From assembly GCF_000181795.1 (NCBI RefSeq), contig NW_003526943.1, positions 6,131,806 to 6,195,805 on the forward strand: a stretch of DNA of 64,000 nt, given 5' to 3'. Position 1 is the stretch's first letter, and each line of letters begins with the position of its first letter. This DNA is from Trichinella spiralis. Lineage: Eukaryota. The position numbers and the translations under genes were made by a program. Shown here piece by piece: positions 37,906-52,800 of the stretch. The notes under the pieces are model-generated. The model was not told the DNA's origin, did no database searches, and saw nothing but the letters and a program-made list of their open reading frames with translations.

Positions 37906-39796
37906 TAGATGTGTAGTAATTTTTTTTAGGTTAATTGAATTTTTAAGCCGTATAAACAATATTTAACCTGTTTAATTGAAATAAAAAACTAAATTTATTT
38001 ATTACTTTGTTTTTTTTAGAATTGCTTAGTCAGTCAATGATTATCACAATAAATTAATGTAGTATGTCAGCGCTTTACAGATGCATTAATGACATTCAAG
38101 AAAGAGATTCTTTGTTTCAGTTTTATTTTGAAAAATTGTCTCTTATTAAGATCGAATGTATTGTTTTATAAATACGAAGATTCAAAAATTTAAATGTTCC
38201 GAAAAATACGAATGTAAAATTATATACGATGGTGACGTTGCTTAATCACTGAGCAAATTAATATTTTATGGCAAAGCAATGTTTTTTATTAGTTTTGTGT
38301 ACTTTTATTTCATAAAACAAAATACAGGTAAACGTTTATGAGAGCTTTTCATTTTGCATAATTTCATAACAGCAAAGTTTTCCCGTGGTATACCACAGTA
38401 TTAGCATTTTATGATTTCAAACTTGTAATGTCGTAATTATTGAAAAATAGGATATGTATTATAAATGAATTAAATATTTACTGTTTTTTTAATGCAAAAT
38501 AAAAGCTTCCTTGTGGTACTTGACATGTTATTCGATTATATAATTTGTTTACAGTTTTCTGAGCTACGGATTACTGTAGCAGCATAAAGATGGTTATTCA
38601 TAAACTGTATTTTTTCATCAATTCGAAAAACCTACGGTGAAAGTATGTTTAAAAATGACTCACATGTAATGTGGCGCCATTTTGCTAAAGTGCAGTTTTG
38701 ATACAGTTAAAAGTAATAAAAATTAGTAAAACAAATATAATCGCATGCAAAATAGCTTGAAGTATTATTATAAACATTTATGGGTGAATTTATCAAAAGC
38801 TCAGATAACGCGTTCTAAACAAAAGAATCAACATACTTTTATGTGACTACAAGAATGTTTGCTCTTTTGAAATTTAAAGTGTCATTTTGTACGGTATTTT
38901 TCATTCATTTATTATACTACAGCAGTTATTTAAATATCCGCATTTTCATCATTACGAATTTTTTATATATTACAACGTTTATTTTCTTTTAAATTATTAA
39001 AATAAAAAATTTTATAAATTGTACATTTTTATTAAAAAATTACAATTATTTCACTTGTTGATTCAACAAAATTAAACGATATAAATAGAACAAGAATCTA
39101 AATAATACTTGAAAATCATTATTCTAAGAATGATGACACGTGCTATACTGTTTTTGTTGGTCAGCTTGCGTTAATTGGATTGAACTTTACGGTAGTTTTC
39201 TGAGTTTCTCGTTTCCGTTAAAACATTTCATTTGACTGAAGGTACTGTTTTGTTTTATTGTTTTCCTGATTGTAAATTCATCGACACATCGTTTATGTAG
39301 TATAATTTTTGTAATTTTACTTACGATTAATGTTTGCTTCTTATGATCAATGGCATCTCTCTTAAATTTATTGATCAACTAGGAAAATTTCCAGTTTTTC
39401 GTTTTAAATCGTTATACGATGTTTGTATTCTTTTTCAGTGCCGGTCTATACGAGGTTCTACCTTGAAAACTATATTATGAAGTTATATATTTCTGATTTG
39501 TTTGTCTGTTTTGTTTTCATTTCTGTTAGTTTTTATTTCTCATTTGTAATTTATTAAACTTTTTTTATATATGCATTTTTCTTAAATATTTTAAAATAGA
39601 TATTTACCTTTATGTACTTTATAGCCTTTTAATGTTTTATTTTTATTTTTTTAGTTTTAAAGAACTTCTTTAAAACATTTTAAACTTTTGTTAATTTTAA
39701 GATCACTTCTCGTTTGAAAGAATTTGATTTCATTTGAGGTGGTCGTTTTTGTGCATAGTCCATCTTTTTCTTCCATTCCTTTCTTATTCTTCCAGG

Positions 39797-42254
39797 ATGA
39801 ATTCAAACAACGGCCAAAAGCATGTTTCTTATTATGAAGTGCTTGGAATTCACACCGAATCAACCGATCAGGAAATAAAGAAAGCGTAAGTACTTTATAA
39901 TTTTGTCTTCTTCCAGTTAGGAGGGAATTGGACTTCCTTTTTAGCTGTGAATTATATTTTTGTTGTAATACTGGGAGGGTTTTCTTCCAAAGTGGTCGAA
40001 GAATTTTGTCGAATCATATTCGTATGAATTCTTAAAGTATTTTTTAATTGATTTTCAAAAATTCAAATATTTTCTTCAATTCAGATATATGTCAATTTGC
40101 TACAACAGTGTCATTTTTATACCCGTTAATGTGATCAAAAATACTTTATTTGTGAATTTATTAGTTTGGTAATCGTTCACTTTCACACTATATTACAATT
40201 TGCTGATTGTTTTATCAATTTTAATATAAGGTTGAATTCTGGAACTTCCATTTTATTTAAAACCAGCTTTTAGCGTGTTCCAGTTTATCGAATAATATTG
40301 ACACACAGTTTCTTTTTGTAATTTTATGGCTGAAATTTTTGTTCAACTGAAAATAAAATAAAAGTCAGAAATATTGATTTCAAGGTATTTTTTTAAGTAC
40401 TAGAAGTTAATTTTGTTGTTGAATAAGTCGCGTTTTAATGTTAAGGTAAATCTGTAATTGGTTATCTTAATGAAGAGAAAACATTTTTTACAATTGATTT
40501 TATGTTACGCCATGTTTGCATTATTTTTAAATCAGGCAAAATTAATCGAGACGTTGTATTTGTATGAATCCAGTGTCTGTGTGAAGACTGTTTTGTTTGA
40601 CAATTGTATTGTTACGTAGAATGTCTGCTTTTGCTTTTTCACATTGATATTTAATATTGTGATTCAAATTTTTTTTTTGAAATTGTCTTCTAGCTTCAAA
40701 ATCAAATATGTGTAGATTATTCTTTTAAATCAGTTTTATTGGATGCATGGAGCGCATAAATTGAATGCTCCAATTGCGCATTGTTGACGAAGCTTGAATA
40801 TTATGTATGTTAAGATATTTTATTTTGCTTGTTTTGCTAGTTTTTTGTTTAATTCATTCATTCAAATTGAAAAGCTTTGCCTTGAATGACATGACAGTTT
40901 TATGCGCATGGTTAAGACATTTCTGTTGACTGTAGTTGCTTTTGTAATACTTTGCGTTCGATTTGTTAATGTTTCTTATTTTTCTTTTCAAACGTTTGCT
41001 TTAAGATCAATGTATGCTTTGTAGTTTATTAATTTTCTTAATCGAAACATTTTAATATAAATTTGAAAGCGAATTTATTATGTTTCGATGATTTTTTTAT
41101 TTGTTGAAGTAAAATAGAGTGGCGATTCTAATTTTAAATCAGTTATTTAATTGTTCTAATTGGTACATTATTGTCTGTTACTCGATGTTATTGTTCCACT
41201 TTGTTGTGTTTAATTATGTTCTGATTAATTGGAGATCGAATTTCTCAGTGCTACGGTTTTATTTTAAATTGCGAGTGTTGTTCAGGTATCGTAGATTGGC
41301 TTTGCGATGGCATCCGGATAAAAATCCTCACAACAAAGTGGAAGCGGAAAAACGTTTCAAAGAAATCAGTGAAGCATACGAAGTGCTTATTGACAGTACG
41401 TCGAGGAATTTTTTTGAGAAGAAATCTACTATTGATTTTTTTATTGAAAAATTAAATATTATTTTAGATGAGAAACGTAGGATTTACGATCGTCATGGAA
41501 TTGATGGCTTGAGAAACGGTGGTGCGACAGCCGGCAGTCGTACTGGTCGTGGGGGCGACTTATCGGATTTCGTTTTCCGATCACCGTTTGAAGTATTTTT
41601 TGAATTCTTCGGCGGTCGGGATCCATTTCAAGATATTTTTGGTGCATGTGATCCATTCTCCACGATGGGCTTCGGCATGGATGATTTTTTCGGATCATCA
41701 TTACTGTCAAGTGAGTTATCTTTATTTTGTGACAATATTTTAATAGCTTAATTTTTTCAGCTAATGGCTGCCTGTCACCTTTTGGTTTGTTTAACCGGAA
41801 TCCGATGTCTCACTTTATGCAAAGCTTTATGATGCCAAACGAATCCGATTTTGCTGCAAATGTTGGACCCGGACCGAGGTTATTTATTATTTGTAGAATT
41901 TTGAAATGATAAAATAGACTTGATAATATATATATATACTCATATTTTTAGTTTTGTTACTACAACTACGTTCTCGAGCTCTGCACCTGGACGTCCGGCT
42001 AAGGTCAGGAAAACTACCACAACAAATACTGTCGTGAATGGACGTACCGTTATTACAAATACGTATTATTATTTTGCATTTTTTAATTATGAAATATATA
42101 TTTGTATTGTTTTGTTTAATTTCATTTTTATAGAGTTGTGGAAAATGGGAAAGAAACGGTGGAAGTTATTGAAAACGGACGTCTCACTTCTCGCACTGTC
42201 AATGGTCACAAGGGCCGACCACAGAAGCACATTGAAAATCGTCGCTTGCCTTAG
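39797..42254 (+). CDS. DNAJB6: DnaJ/Hsp40, DNAJB6-like
   Basis: YYEVLG...[20 protein letters not shown]-domain, G/F-rich [20 protein letters not shown]-rich region and C-terminal [24 protein letters not shown]. Confidence 0.92.
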
Positions 42255-44634
42255 ATCAAATCATTGAAGCAATGCGTTTTTATTTAATTTATTATTGATA
42301 ATGTGGTAAACGACTGTCATGTTCTTTTTTTGCTAGCTGACGTGATGTGCTTTGTTTCAATTATTTTAATTTTAGTCTAGTAATATTAATAATTGATTGG
42401 CATTCATAATTAGTAAATTTAAATTAATCACTGGCATTGCTGTGTTTATTTGCAATATTTTTATCACTTGAATTGCGTTTATTATGTTTATTGTACTTTG
42501 TATTTATTTGAGTAAACCCACAAGTAATGCACTGTATGTAAAGACCAATTAAATAGTAATTATATTCAAAATGCATTAAAAAACAATGAAGAATTTTGCC
42601 TTAATTTAATATTTTTTAACAAATGTTTTAAAAGTGATTGATTAATATGAAATAATAGTTTTGTATTGAAAAGTAATAGTTTTATTTTTAATAAAGTCTT
42701 TACAGTAAACTGAAACGAATATTTTTTACTTCAAAATTTTATCTTCAAGTAAAAATTTCTTTTATAATTTAGTGAATTTTGAACTAAACATTACTAGATA
42801 AAAATCATGATATTGGTTAGATTTTTTAGCCTCTCAGTTAACTGTAATTACAAAATTGAAAACCTGATAATCAAGATAACGTAAATTCAAATGTTTTCAT
42901 ATATTTTAGCGTATTTCAACTTGGTTAGTGGTTTTTCTTTTTCAAGGTAACTTTGAAAGGCATTTTTTTCTTTATGATTTTTCCAAGTAAAAGTAAAACT
43001 TAATTTTCACGTATAACTTATAGTCCAGTTCTGCGTCGTATTGACATCTTACTGTTGTTATTAGAAAATTACGTTTAATTGAAATTGAATAATGAATTAG
43101 AAGTGTAAAGCGAAAATAATTGTTATTTTTTGTCAGTTTTATTATTTATTTTTTGTACTGTTTTTCATAGCTTCATAAACAGTGAAACTGGTATTATTAT
43201 TGTATTATTGCTTGGAATTGTTGTAAAAAATGTTAGCAGTGTCTGAGTGACATTGCTGGTAGTTGGAATGTTTGACATCTGAAGTTGGACTTTTCATTTA
43301 AGTCAATATTTGTAATGTGAGAGTGAACAGTTTTGTTTTCTCTGGTTTTTATTATTTTTTACTACTTACATTCAAATTGCACGTTTAAGTTCTATGAAGA
43401 TGCATAATTTCATTTTCGAAATTCATAATCAAATATTAAATTGCTCCATTCTGACATCAGCTTTCAAACTATTGTAGTCTGAATCATAAATGAAACATGA
43501 ATGCATTATTTCACCACTGCTTTGAATTTTTTAATTGCAACGTCAACTGTATTCGATGATTAAATTGTCCTCTAACCTGTAGGGGCAAATATCTAAAAAT
43601 GTGCTTTGGAAACGTGAAGACTTTAAAAATCAGCATGAAAAATAAAATCACTTACCAGCAAGTTTTACAATAAACAATTTAGCTTGATTTTGGAAACCTT
43701 TTTTTGTTTTTCTTAATCTGACGAATACTGTGAAAGAAATAAATTTGATCATATGAAGTATATATTTGATATATTCGTGCAGTACAAAAGGCCTGTGCGA
43801 AATATGACATTTATGATCATCCATATTGCAAAAATTGTTCGTCGCACTGAAATAATTTTATACAAATGTAGATGCAATTGTTTGCACAAAATGTTATCAG
43901 CTTCTTGTTTGATAAACAGGATTGGATGTAAATATTTATTTTGCTGTAAACTACTAACAAGAAATTATGCTTGTGTTTGTCATCTACTTTGGAATTGAGC
44001 AATTTTTTGCTTCAGCAATAAGCAATATAATAAATGCTGTTAGCACAGTTTAATAAAATGCAATCATATTAATAAATTGATACTGATAATTTGCAATTAT
44101 TGCTGCTGGAAATGCTATATTTTTTAATTTAAATTTTAAAATATGTTCGTTATGTTCTTGTAACAAAAAACTCTAATACTGATGATATTGACTGAAAGTT
44201 TAAAAAAAATCAATGTTGTTTTTACACGAACAAGCAAGGCTTAATTTTTTTTATCTTATCTGATATCAATTATTCTCTGATCTAACTCATATTATTATGA
44301 CAGCGTTGATAGTCGATTTTGGAAAAAGAAGTTTCTGATTCACTCGTGATTAAAATTGATCAACAATTGTTTGCGGATATTTCAAATGAAAATCTGCTTT
44401 TTGCAAGTTTTATTTAAAAAGGATTAATTAATAATAAACCTCGTCGGTTTGTTTTTTTTTCTTAATTAAATGATTCATTTATGAGAGAAAAATATTGCAA
44501 TAAGTAAGTGATTTTCAGTGTATTTCTGAAGAAAGCATAATATAATAATTTTACGAACAACAAAATATTTATTCTTTACATCTGTGAAAATAAAATACAA
44601 CACTCGATGGAAAATAGACCAGAAAATGGGAAAG

Positions 44635-44985
44635 TCATACTGCTTCTTCATTACCACATTCCAAGGCTGCTAACAAATCGGAACGTCGTCGAATCACCAG
44701 TTTTCCTTTCGACCATGGATATTTCAACAACGCAACGGGGTAATTATCTCGAAGGCACCGTTCTCGAACCCCGATAACAACAACCAGACAAATGCTTTCA
44801 GCTTCAACTGGAGCAATGCTTTCTCCCCTTTCATTCAAATGAGCAATCACTTTTCTCACAACATCTTTGGCAGTGACGTTTGTAGATATTCGCATTTTTA
44901 CGCATTTCAATGTGGTCTGCAAATTTCGTAGAGCGACATGAACATCTATGAACTTTTCATCTGGATTCTTGTTCTTATTCGATGA

Positions 44986-45032
<47 letters not shown>

Positions 45033-48000
45033 TATCATCTTTTTCTTCTTCTTCAACATTGGGCTGTTGTTCGTTGTTCTTGTGATGAAAATTGTTCAAA
45101 TCGATCAAGCTGTAAAATGGAAAATCTGTGAAATTCATCCATGGCAAATTACAATACCCGTCGACTGATTCTTTTCCTTGAACAACGCCCATTTTTCTTC
45201 TGCTCAAAGTGAAAAGCTTGTCAATTTGAGAAAGATCTTCACCAATTTTCAAATCATTGTCCCTAAATTCTTTGACTTGGTTGATGAACAAATTGGTCAG
45301 CGTTAAATTTTCACAACGTCGATTGTTCTTTTCTGCTTTTTTGTTCAATTCCGTATCCGACGTGGCTCGACAAAGGCGTTTTTTTATTCGATGCTTTGAA
45401 ACGGTTTTTTTGACGCTGATTTGTGGAGAAGTTGTTGGCAAATTTTCAAAAAACTGATCTTTGGTGGCCAATTTTTCGTGAATTGTCATTGAACAATTGT
45501 TCCCCTCTTGTTCTTCGTCTGTGTTCTCTTGCATTTGTGCATCATTTGAACATTCACTTCGATATGCCATTTCCGGGATGTTGTTGTTCTCCTCGTCAGT
45601 GGCAGCATTGTGATTGTCAGCAACTGTCAGTGCAAAAGTGCCTTGAAATTTCGGCGACATGCAAAAGTGGTCGGCTATTTTCAAGCCGATGTAGTCGATC
45701 AAACTGCGTTGCACTGACGAAGTTGGATCTGAATTGTTCATTGAAAAATTTTCCTCATTCGAGCACAGCTTATCCAAAGATTGATCCGAATCATAGCCGT
45801 GGTCGGTGGAAAAGCCGTCCACGGCAGTGTTGTGCTTCATGTAAAAATTTGCCCAGGAAAGTCGACCACGGCACAACAACAATGGAGAAAAATTGTCGTT
45901 GTGAGTGGAATTTGGAGAATTTGCTCTTCTCCACTTGAACATACTTTTAAATGTGCTCTGATTTTCTTCGAAATAATCAAACAACAATTTCAAATCCAAT
46001 CCCTCCTTCTGCTGGCGATGCTTTCGATAATCACTCACCACCGAACATAGCCATCTGGATTCTTTCCACAGCGATTCTAATTTATGCTGATACAAGGACA
46101 ATTGATTCAGTTTCTCTTCTGAGGAGAAATTTTTCTCAAGAATCTACAGTTGAAAAATTTATTCAATTTGAAAAAAACAAATTAATAACAATAATTTGCT
46201 GACCTGACGCTGCTGTTGTTTCAATAATGACGAATATACTTCCAAAGACAGTGAAATGTACGAATACAAGGATAAAAATTGCGCTTGATAATTTTGAAGA
46301 TGTACTAAATGAGTTTGTGATTTGAAATGCAACAACAATTAATTGTATGAATATTTCAAATCAAAATACTAACCAACTTCAAAAACCGCCACGGGTAGTG
46401 AAATTTTCGACGATGCACGCAACGTATCGGTAGATTCAGCAGACTGTTCAGTTGGACATGAGCAAATTTTATCCGGTGGAGGGAGAAGAAGAATGAACGA
46501 AATTTCTGAATTGATTTCAATCACTTCTTTTCGGTAAATTCGAAGTTCATTGCATTCATTGCTGGAGATCTGTTTGAGCAAAATCTTTGCAGCGGATACC
46601 AGCTCCCAGTGGAACTGCAGTTGGCACGCATTTGGATGTTCCAAATTCACTTGCAAATTATCCAACGCTTTCAACCATTCCCATTCATCTCTGCAAAATG
46701 AGGCATTTCGAAATTGATTGTTTCTTTTTTATTCATATGACAATTACTAAATAATTACTTGGATACGTGAGAATTTTCACGCATAAAAGCATATGGCATA
46801 ATGGATGGTTGATTTTCAAGCAGAACAATCTTCATTTCGTTCAAATATGATTCAAGTTTTAAATAACCCAAATAAAGACCTTTTCCCAGCTTATTCAAAC
46901 TTTGCTTGTGAAATTTAATGCATTTCTAAATATGATCAACATTGAAACAGCTCATAATTAATACACTGCATAATATTCTTACCTCTATATTATTCAGCAG
47001 TATTTCTTCTGTTGTAGACTCAGATGAAATTCTCTTTGGCAATTTGTCGATTTGTTGCCATTTCAATATAAGTCCCTTTAATGTGGAAAATTTTAGCATA
47101 TTTTTAAGGAGAAACTATGAAATCATACTTGCAAAGGTTTGGATTGTGTAACATTTTTCACCATCACGAATATAACATTGCCATCCGCGTCATACAAGGG
47201 TTGATGATAAGCACTGCCGAGATTGTTCATGCCGAGTCCCGCTTTCAAACAACGAATAGCATCGAGTAGTTTCAGTCGAAAATTTAAACTGCCAAAATTG
47301 GAAAAATCATCTCTTCCAAAAAGTGGCACCGAAGGAAGGCGTTCAGAGCTGGTGGTTACCTTGAAAAGCATGCCCTGAAGCTTTGATTGGAAAAAAATCC
47401 TTTTGAACAGCTTACTTTTAGAAACCATTGAAATTCCGCATGAACTGCCGTTGGAAGAGAGTCACAAATTTCCACTGTTGGTATTTGATCGTCGAGAGTG
47501 CACATCACTTTGTCACTTTTGTAAAGTATTACGGACAAAAATGAACCGCTAAAATGTTCCCCAAATGAATATTTTATTACTGAATTTATTAAACTGTTTC
47601 TATTGTTTAAAGTAGAAAAATGTACATCTATCTACATCTGAGAATATAAAAAGCGGAATATATCTTACTGCTTGTTCGACTTGTGCAACCTGCTATTCGT
47701 GATGAGCATATTTTTTATAGAAATTTTACGGCGTTTTTTCAAGTCATCTTCGACTAAAAATGTTTAATTTAATTAAAGCAATTGAACCTACGAAAAGAAA
47801 AAAAATACCCTGTGAAAGTAAATTAGATTCTTGAAATTTTTTGATCTCTTCATGAAGACTTTGCAATTCTTGGAGGCTTTTAAATTTAGTTGTCGTTTCA
47901 TTTTCGACGTCGCGCCAATCTAAATTTCCAAGGGTAAATCAAACCAATATAGAAAGAGCATGATGATTTTTTTATCATTCATTCTAACATGATGGAATAT

Positions 48001-49895
48001 TGCTTTCGGGTAGAGTGAAACTGGGAGCGCTGAAACCAACATAATTTCCCGCATAAACTCGAACGTAATAACGTTTTCCTGGACACAAGTTGGTTATTGT
48101 AAATTTTGGAATACGCAAATCAACAACAATTTTGCTTTCAGCTTTGGTGAAGTGCTTGTCCAATGACCACTCAACTGATGAATGAATGAAAAATAGATTT
48201 ATCATACTGTATATTTTTACAATTAACACTAACAGTTACCTTTGTATTTTGTTTCCACATCACTCTGACAAGTTGAAGCTTCAAAAGCGACAGTAAGTGA
48301 TTTAGAACTGGTGACGTGCAAAGAACAGCGAGGTGTTTGTGGAACTCCTTGTAATGCAATCGGTTGATTGGTTGAATAAATATTATGATAAGAAAAATGA
48401 TAATTTCGTGTTACCGGCTTTCAGTACGGTATTTTTCATCTTTTTCAACACGCTTATTCGATTTTTCCAAAAATCCATTTCTTTGTCAACCTAAATTGAT
48501 CCATTTATTAATTAAATTTTCAAATCAAATTAGCAATAATCACCTTCACTGAATTGGACTGTTGGTTGCAACATTCGATGAACTTTTTCATCGCAGTATC
48601 AATCAAATATTGCAATAAATTCAAACGAGCCAAATGTGACACTTGAAAATATATTTCAAAAAAGAAGAAAAAAAAATTAAAATTTTGAAAATTGCGACAA
48701 TTTTTCAAAAAATTCATACAACGCACATTCTAGATTTTCTTGAGCACCATTTCGAAGTAGAATATGACTTATTTTTGTGTGATTCAGCATTGAAGCCACA
48801 TCGAGAGCTGTCAAGCCGTGCTTGTTTGTTCTGAAAATGCCATTCATAATTAATTAATTTCAAATCCAACATCATCTCACCGTATAGCTGAATGCATGCA
48901 TTTTCGAAGATAGAAATTCACTTTTCCAATGTCGTCATTTTCTACAGCAGTAAACAGTCCTGATTATAATAAAAAAAATTGGAAATATTAGCATGAAAAT
49001 TTTGAATTTCAAATGAATCTCAAATGATCGATTCATCATCATAATCGGTTACCTGAAATTTCAGACTCATCATCATTATAAGATTTGTGGTTGTTCAGCA
49101 AATTTTTCGACAAAAAGTGTTGATTGAATACTGAGCTGAAAAAAACAAACGGGGGAACATATTTTTGCCTTAATTTTTGCAGTGCTTACAAGATTTATTT
49201 GTTGTTGTTCAAAGAATAAGCCATTTGAAAAAAAAACATGAAACGTAAAATTTACCGAAAATCGGACATATCCAAACTTCGAATTCTAGATAGCAGAGCT
49301 TTTCGATTTAGCCTGCCAACGGAACGCGGCTTGGAATGGCAATTGCTTCCAAAATCACGGCAAACCATTCTCAACTGATCCCTCTGGTTTATTAAATCAC
49401 TAAAAATTTATTGAAATTTTTTTTGGGAGTTAATGAAATTTTTCATAAGCACTGTGTCAACAGATATTTTTTTTCATTTAATTCCAACTGATGTGGAACA
49501 AATTGTGTTTCATCAAAATTTCCTTTGGTAAAAAAATATTCAATTTGAAAAGAGCATTTTTCATTTTGGAGGTGAATTGAATGCCGACATTGAATTTCAG
49601 CAGTTTTAAGCACTTCGTATTGAACGTTGCAGTTGGATATTTATTTAAATGTTATTTTATTATTTATCAAAGAAATGTAAGATGTGAATTCATTAATGAT
49701 TGAAAGCGCAAAAGAGTAAACAAAAAAAATAAATTGCATTACATAAAGTAGATTTTGTGACTTAAAAAATAACAAATTTTTAAATAAAATGTTGATTCAA
49801 TAATTTAAAGTTTACCTTTTAGACCTTTGCAAAGTGACGTTCGCCTCTGAACGATTTGGCTGACCGCTGTTGCTAGTACGAATCACTTTCATCAT
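44635..49895 (-). CDS. ANKFN1: Ankyrin repeat + FN3 + C-terminal Ras-association-like protein (ANKFN1 / wide awake-like), multi-exon
   Basis: Ankyrin segments LFTAVENDD and NKHGLTALDVASMLNHTKISHILLRNGA; FN3 FTITNLCPGKRYYVRVYAGNYVGFS; DDQIPTVEI...EFQWFLK; terminal LVVVIGVRERCLRDNYPVALLKYPWSKGKL. 5' end uncertain. Confidence 0.85.
44986..45038 (-). repeat. (GAT)n coding repeat giving a poly-Asp tract
   Basis: (CAT)n run on the + strand inside the last ANKFN1-like exon. Confidence 0.95.
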
Positions 49896-52800
49896 TCTGT
49901 TTAAAGCTGAAAAATAAATTTCATCAGCAGATTAAAATAATAAATAACATTTTAAAGTAAAATATTTGCTTTAATAAAATGAAAAAAAACTTTTTAAATT
50001 TCCCATAAAAATATGAAAAAGTGAAGAAATAAAATAAAGCTTTAAACTGGAGAGAAGTTTGCAAAAATTGCAGTTTAGCATTGACTTTTAGCTTAATTGA
50101 TCTCTAAAAAAATTTCCACCAATGCCGAACCCGACCGCCAGCCAACCGGATGAAGTTTCAGAACTTTTCATAAAAGAAGCGTCGTTTTTCAAAATAAGCA
50201 CACAATTAAAAATAAAGCTGATTCAAATTCGATAGATGCATTATAACGTCTAAAAATAACTGTGTAGATGTGTCATTGGATATGTTTTATCAATTGGAAT
50301 TCAAATTCAAAAAATGTTTTGTTGAAAAGGCAAATTTATTTGATTTCAGAAAAAAATACATCATATTTATTGTAATAGCTCATATTATTTAGTGTGAAAT
50401 AAATGAAAATAATTTTTGTAGAATAAATAATGCATTTATTAGTGGAAAGAACTGCAATATGAATAGGAGTTCAATTACTCAAAGCAATCATTGATTTTCA
50501 ACAGTTAATGAAAATATTAATTGTTAATAATAAAGTTTCATATTAGATGAGCATTTCAATCATATCAATTTTTTATTTTTGTGAAATAATTGCTCTACTG
50601 CATCAATGAGCGTAGCGGAAGTGTTCGTCAATATCAACGGTAGGAAAGGTCATTTGAGAATTTATTCAATTAAAAATGAAACAGCAGATGTAAATGTAAA
50701 TGAAAAAGTAAGATTTCAATATGTAAATCTTTTCTTTTCATAATTAGCTCAAATAATTTGAAAAACAAACAAACAAATAAATTACTTTATACATTGATTC
50801 AAAGTGAAGTGCTCGTTTGCAAGTTGGAAATGCTATGGTGAATTTGTATTGTTAATGGAGGACACAATTTTTCCACAAATGCCCATGGCAACAAGTGGAA
50901 CCTCAAATGACAGATGCTACAGTGAGAAAACCGGTCAAACGTTACCCGCTTAATACAGTATTCTGCGGGCCAATGGGAAGTTTTACGATAATGCAGAGGT
51001 CATAAAATGGCACAAAAGCACGTCCCAGTTTCATTCTCACAAAGCAATGCCAGATGCTAGTCGTATTAATAGATGTATACACATATATATATATATATAT
51101 ACGTGTGTGTGTGAATGGAAAAGAAAAAGAAAAATGTCTGCTTTAATAAGTTTCCCCTTACTCGCAGTTGTTGCTATATTGGAGAGATACGACATTGCTT
51201 GGAGTAATATAAATCAATGAAAAAAAGTTTGAATAACAATTTTATTTTCAATATTATTCAATTAAATACAGTTTTTGTAATTGAATAAGTATTATTTTAT
51301 CAGTAATACGCAGCGAAGTTTCTGAACAAAAAATGTACATCTAATTGAAAATATATTTATTTCAACCAGGCAATAGTGCACAAATATTGAAATTTTTTCG
51401 AATAAATTTGATTTCATTGTTCTACAATTTTAAAAACTAATAACCACAAAAACGTGAATATTAAGCTTACAATGTTTCAAATAACATATAAAAATGAATT
51501 TACATTGAAAATTTTGCGTTCATTCTTATTTACAAGGGAATTTTTCAATAACTGAAAATTATTATTGAATTATATTTTGAAAAAAACTGGAACATTTTTC
51601 TTTGAAATTTGAGAAAGGCAAATTTAAATAAAATTATACTCGAACTTTAAATGAGCATCATATGCACTTCAAATTTCATTTCAGTTTTATCATAAATACA
51701 AATCCATAAAGCGCTGCTTTTTTACGCGTTGCAAATTTAAATTTGTCAAGTGAATTTTACTTCTAAATTAATTATAAACTGGAAATATCAAAAATTGTGA
51801 ATGATATTCCAATTCTTTTGACAAAGAAATGTAACTTTTGAAATTTGAAACGAATGTATTTAATAACGTCTAAATTTTTGCTGCTTATTAATCAGTAAAT
51901 AAATGAAAGCAATGTTCTCAAGAACTTCTTCACTGTTTCATATATACGCTATTTTTCCCAACATATGCAACTATTAAGTATAAAATACTTTTCATATTTG
52001 ATGATATAAGCATTTCTGTTTAATGAAAAATGCTTTGTTTCAAAATGTAGTATATAATTAAAAAATGAAACTGCTTCATTAATTAAATGTATATTTTAAA
52101 CAAATTTTGATGTAAAAAAAGTTTTTGAAGTAATCATATAATTTAAAAAATTTTAATGTTACATCGTGAAAATTATGACAAAAATTTACTTAAATGGAGA
52201 TGTTATTTAAGCATAATTTCTCTTCCTAATTGCAAAGCAAAATTTAATAGTTTTCTGGCAAAGAGCAAAAAACATTTTTAATAACAACAAAATAACATAA
52301 TATCGGTTGGCATGTAAACATTGAAGAAGCTTTACCTCAAGTAGCAATAATAAAAGGAAAAATAATAATAGCAGTCAATCGGCTTTCTTTTGGAATTTCT
52401 TCCTTTTAGCGGGAAGATAAATTTGTCAGTGAATGGCTAATTTCAATATGAATACTTTGCCATGGGCAAGTGAAATTCATCTTTCTCTACTTTTTCAACA
52501 GTCACGTATAACTTTAGCGATGTTATAGATGAATAAAATCAAATTATTTATTGATTTCAAACTTTCTTTCATGGATGAGCGCTATTTTACAATCTCAAAA
52601 GCAACCCAAGAAATAAAAAATAAAGATTTATTCGTTTCACAACAAGTTTAGCTTTAATTTAATGTTTTAATCATAACATTTTTAGCAAATTTTTATTTTA
52701 TGGTCAATTCATAAAAAGTAATAATGCACGATTGGTAAACTTTTCAAAATTAAAATTCATTTTAATTGATTCAGTAGAGAGATACATTCAATGTTTCGAA

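Noticed and set aside
41119..41285. Hydrophobic N-terminal extension on the DnaJ ORF, suggesting a membrane anchor
   Set aside because: It is intron read-through; the true first J-domain exon is 39797-39885.
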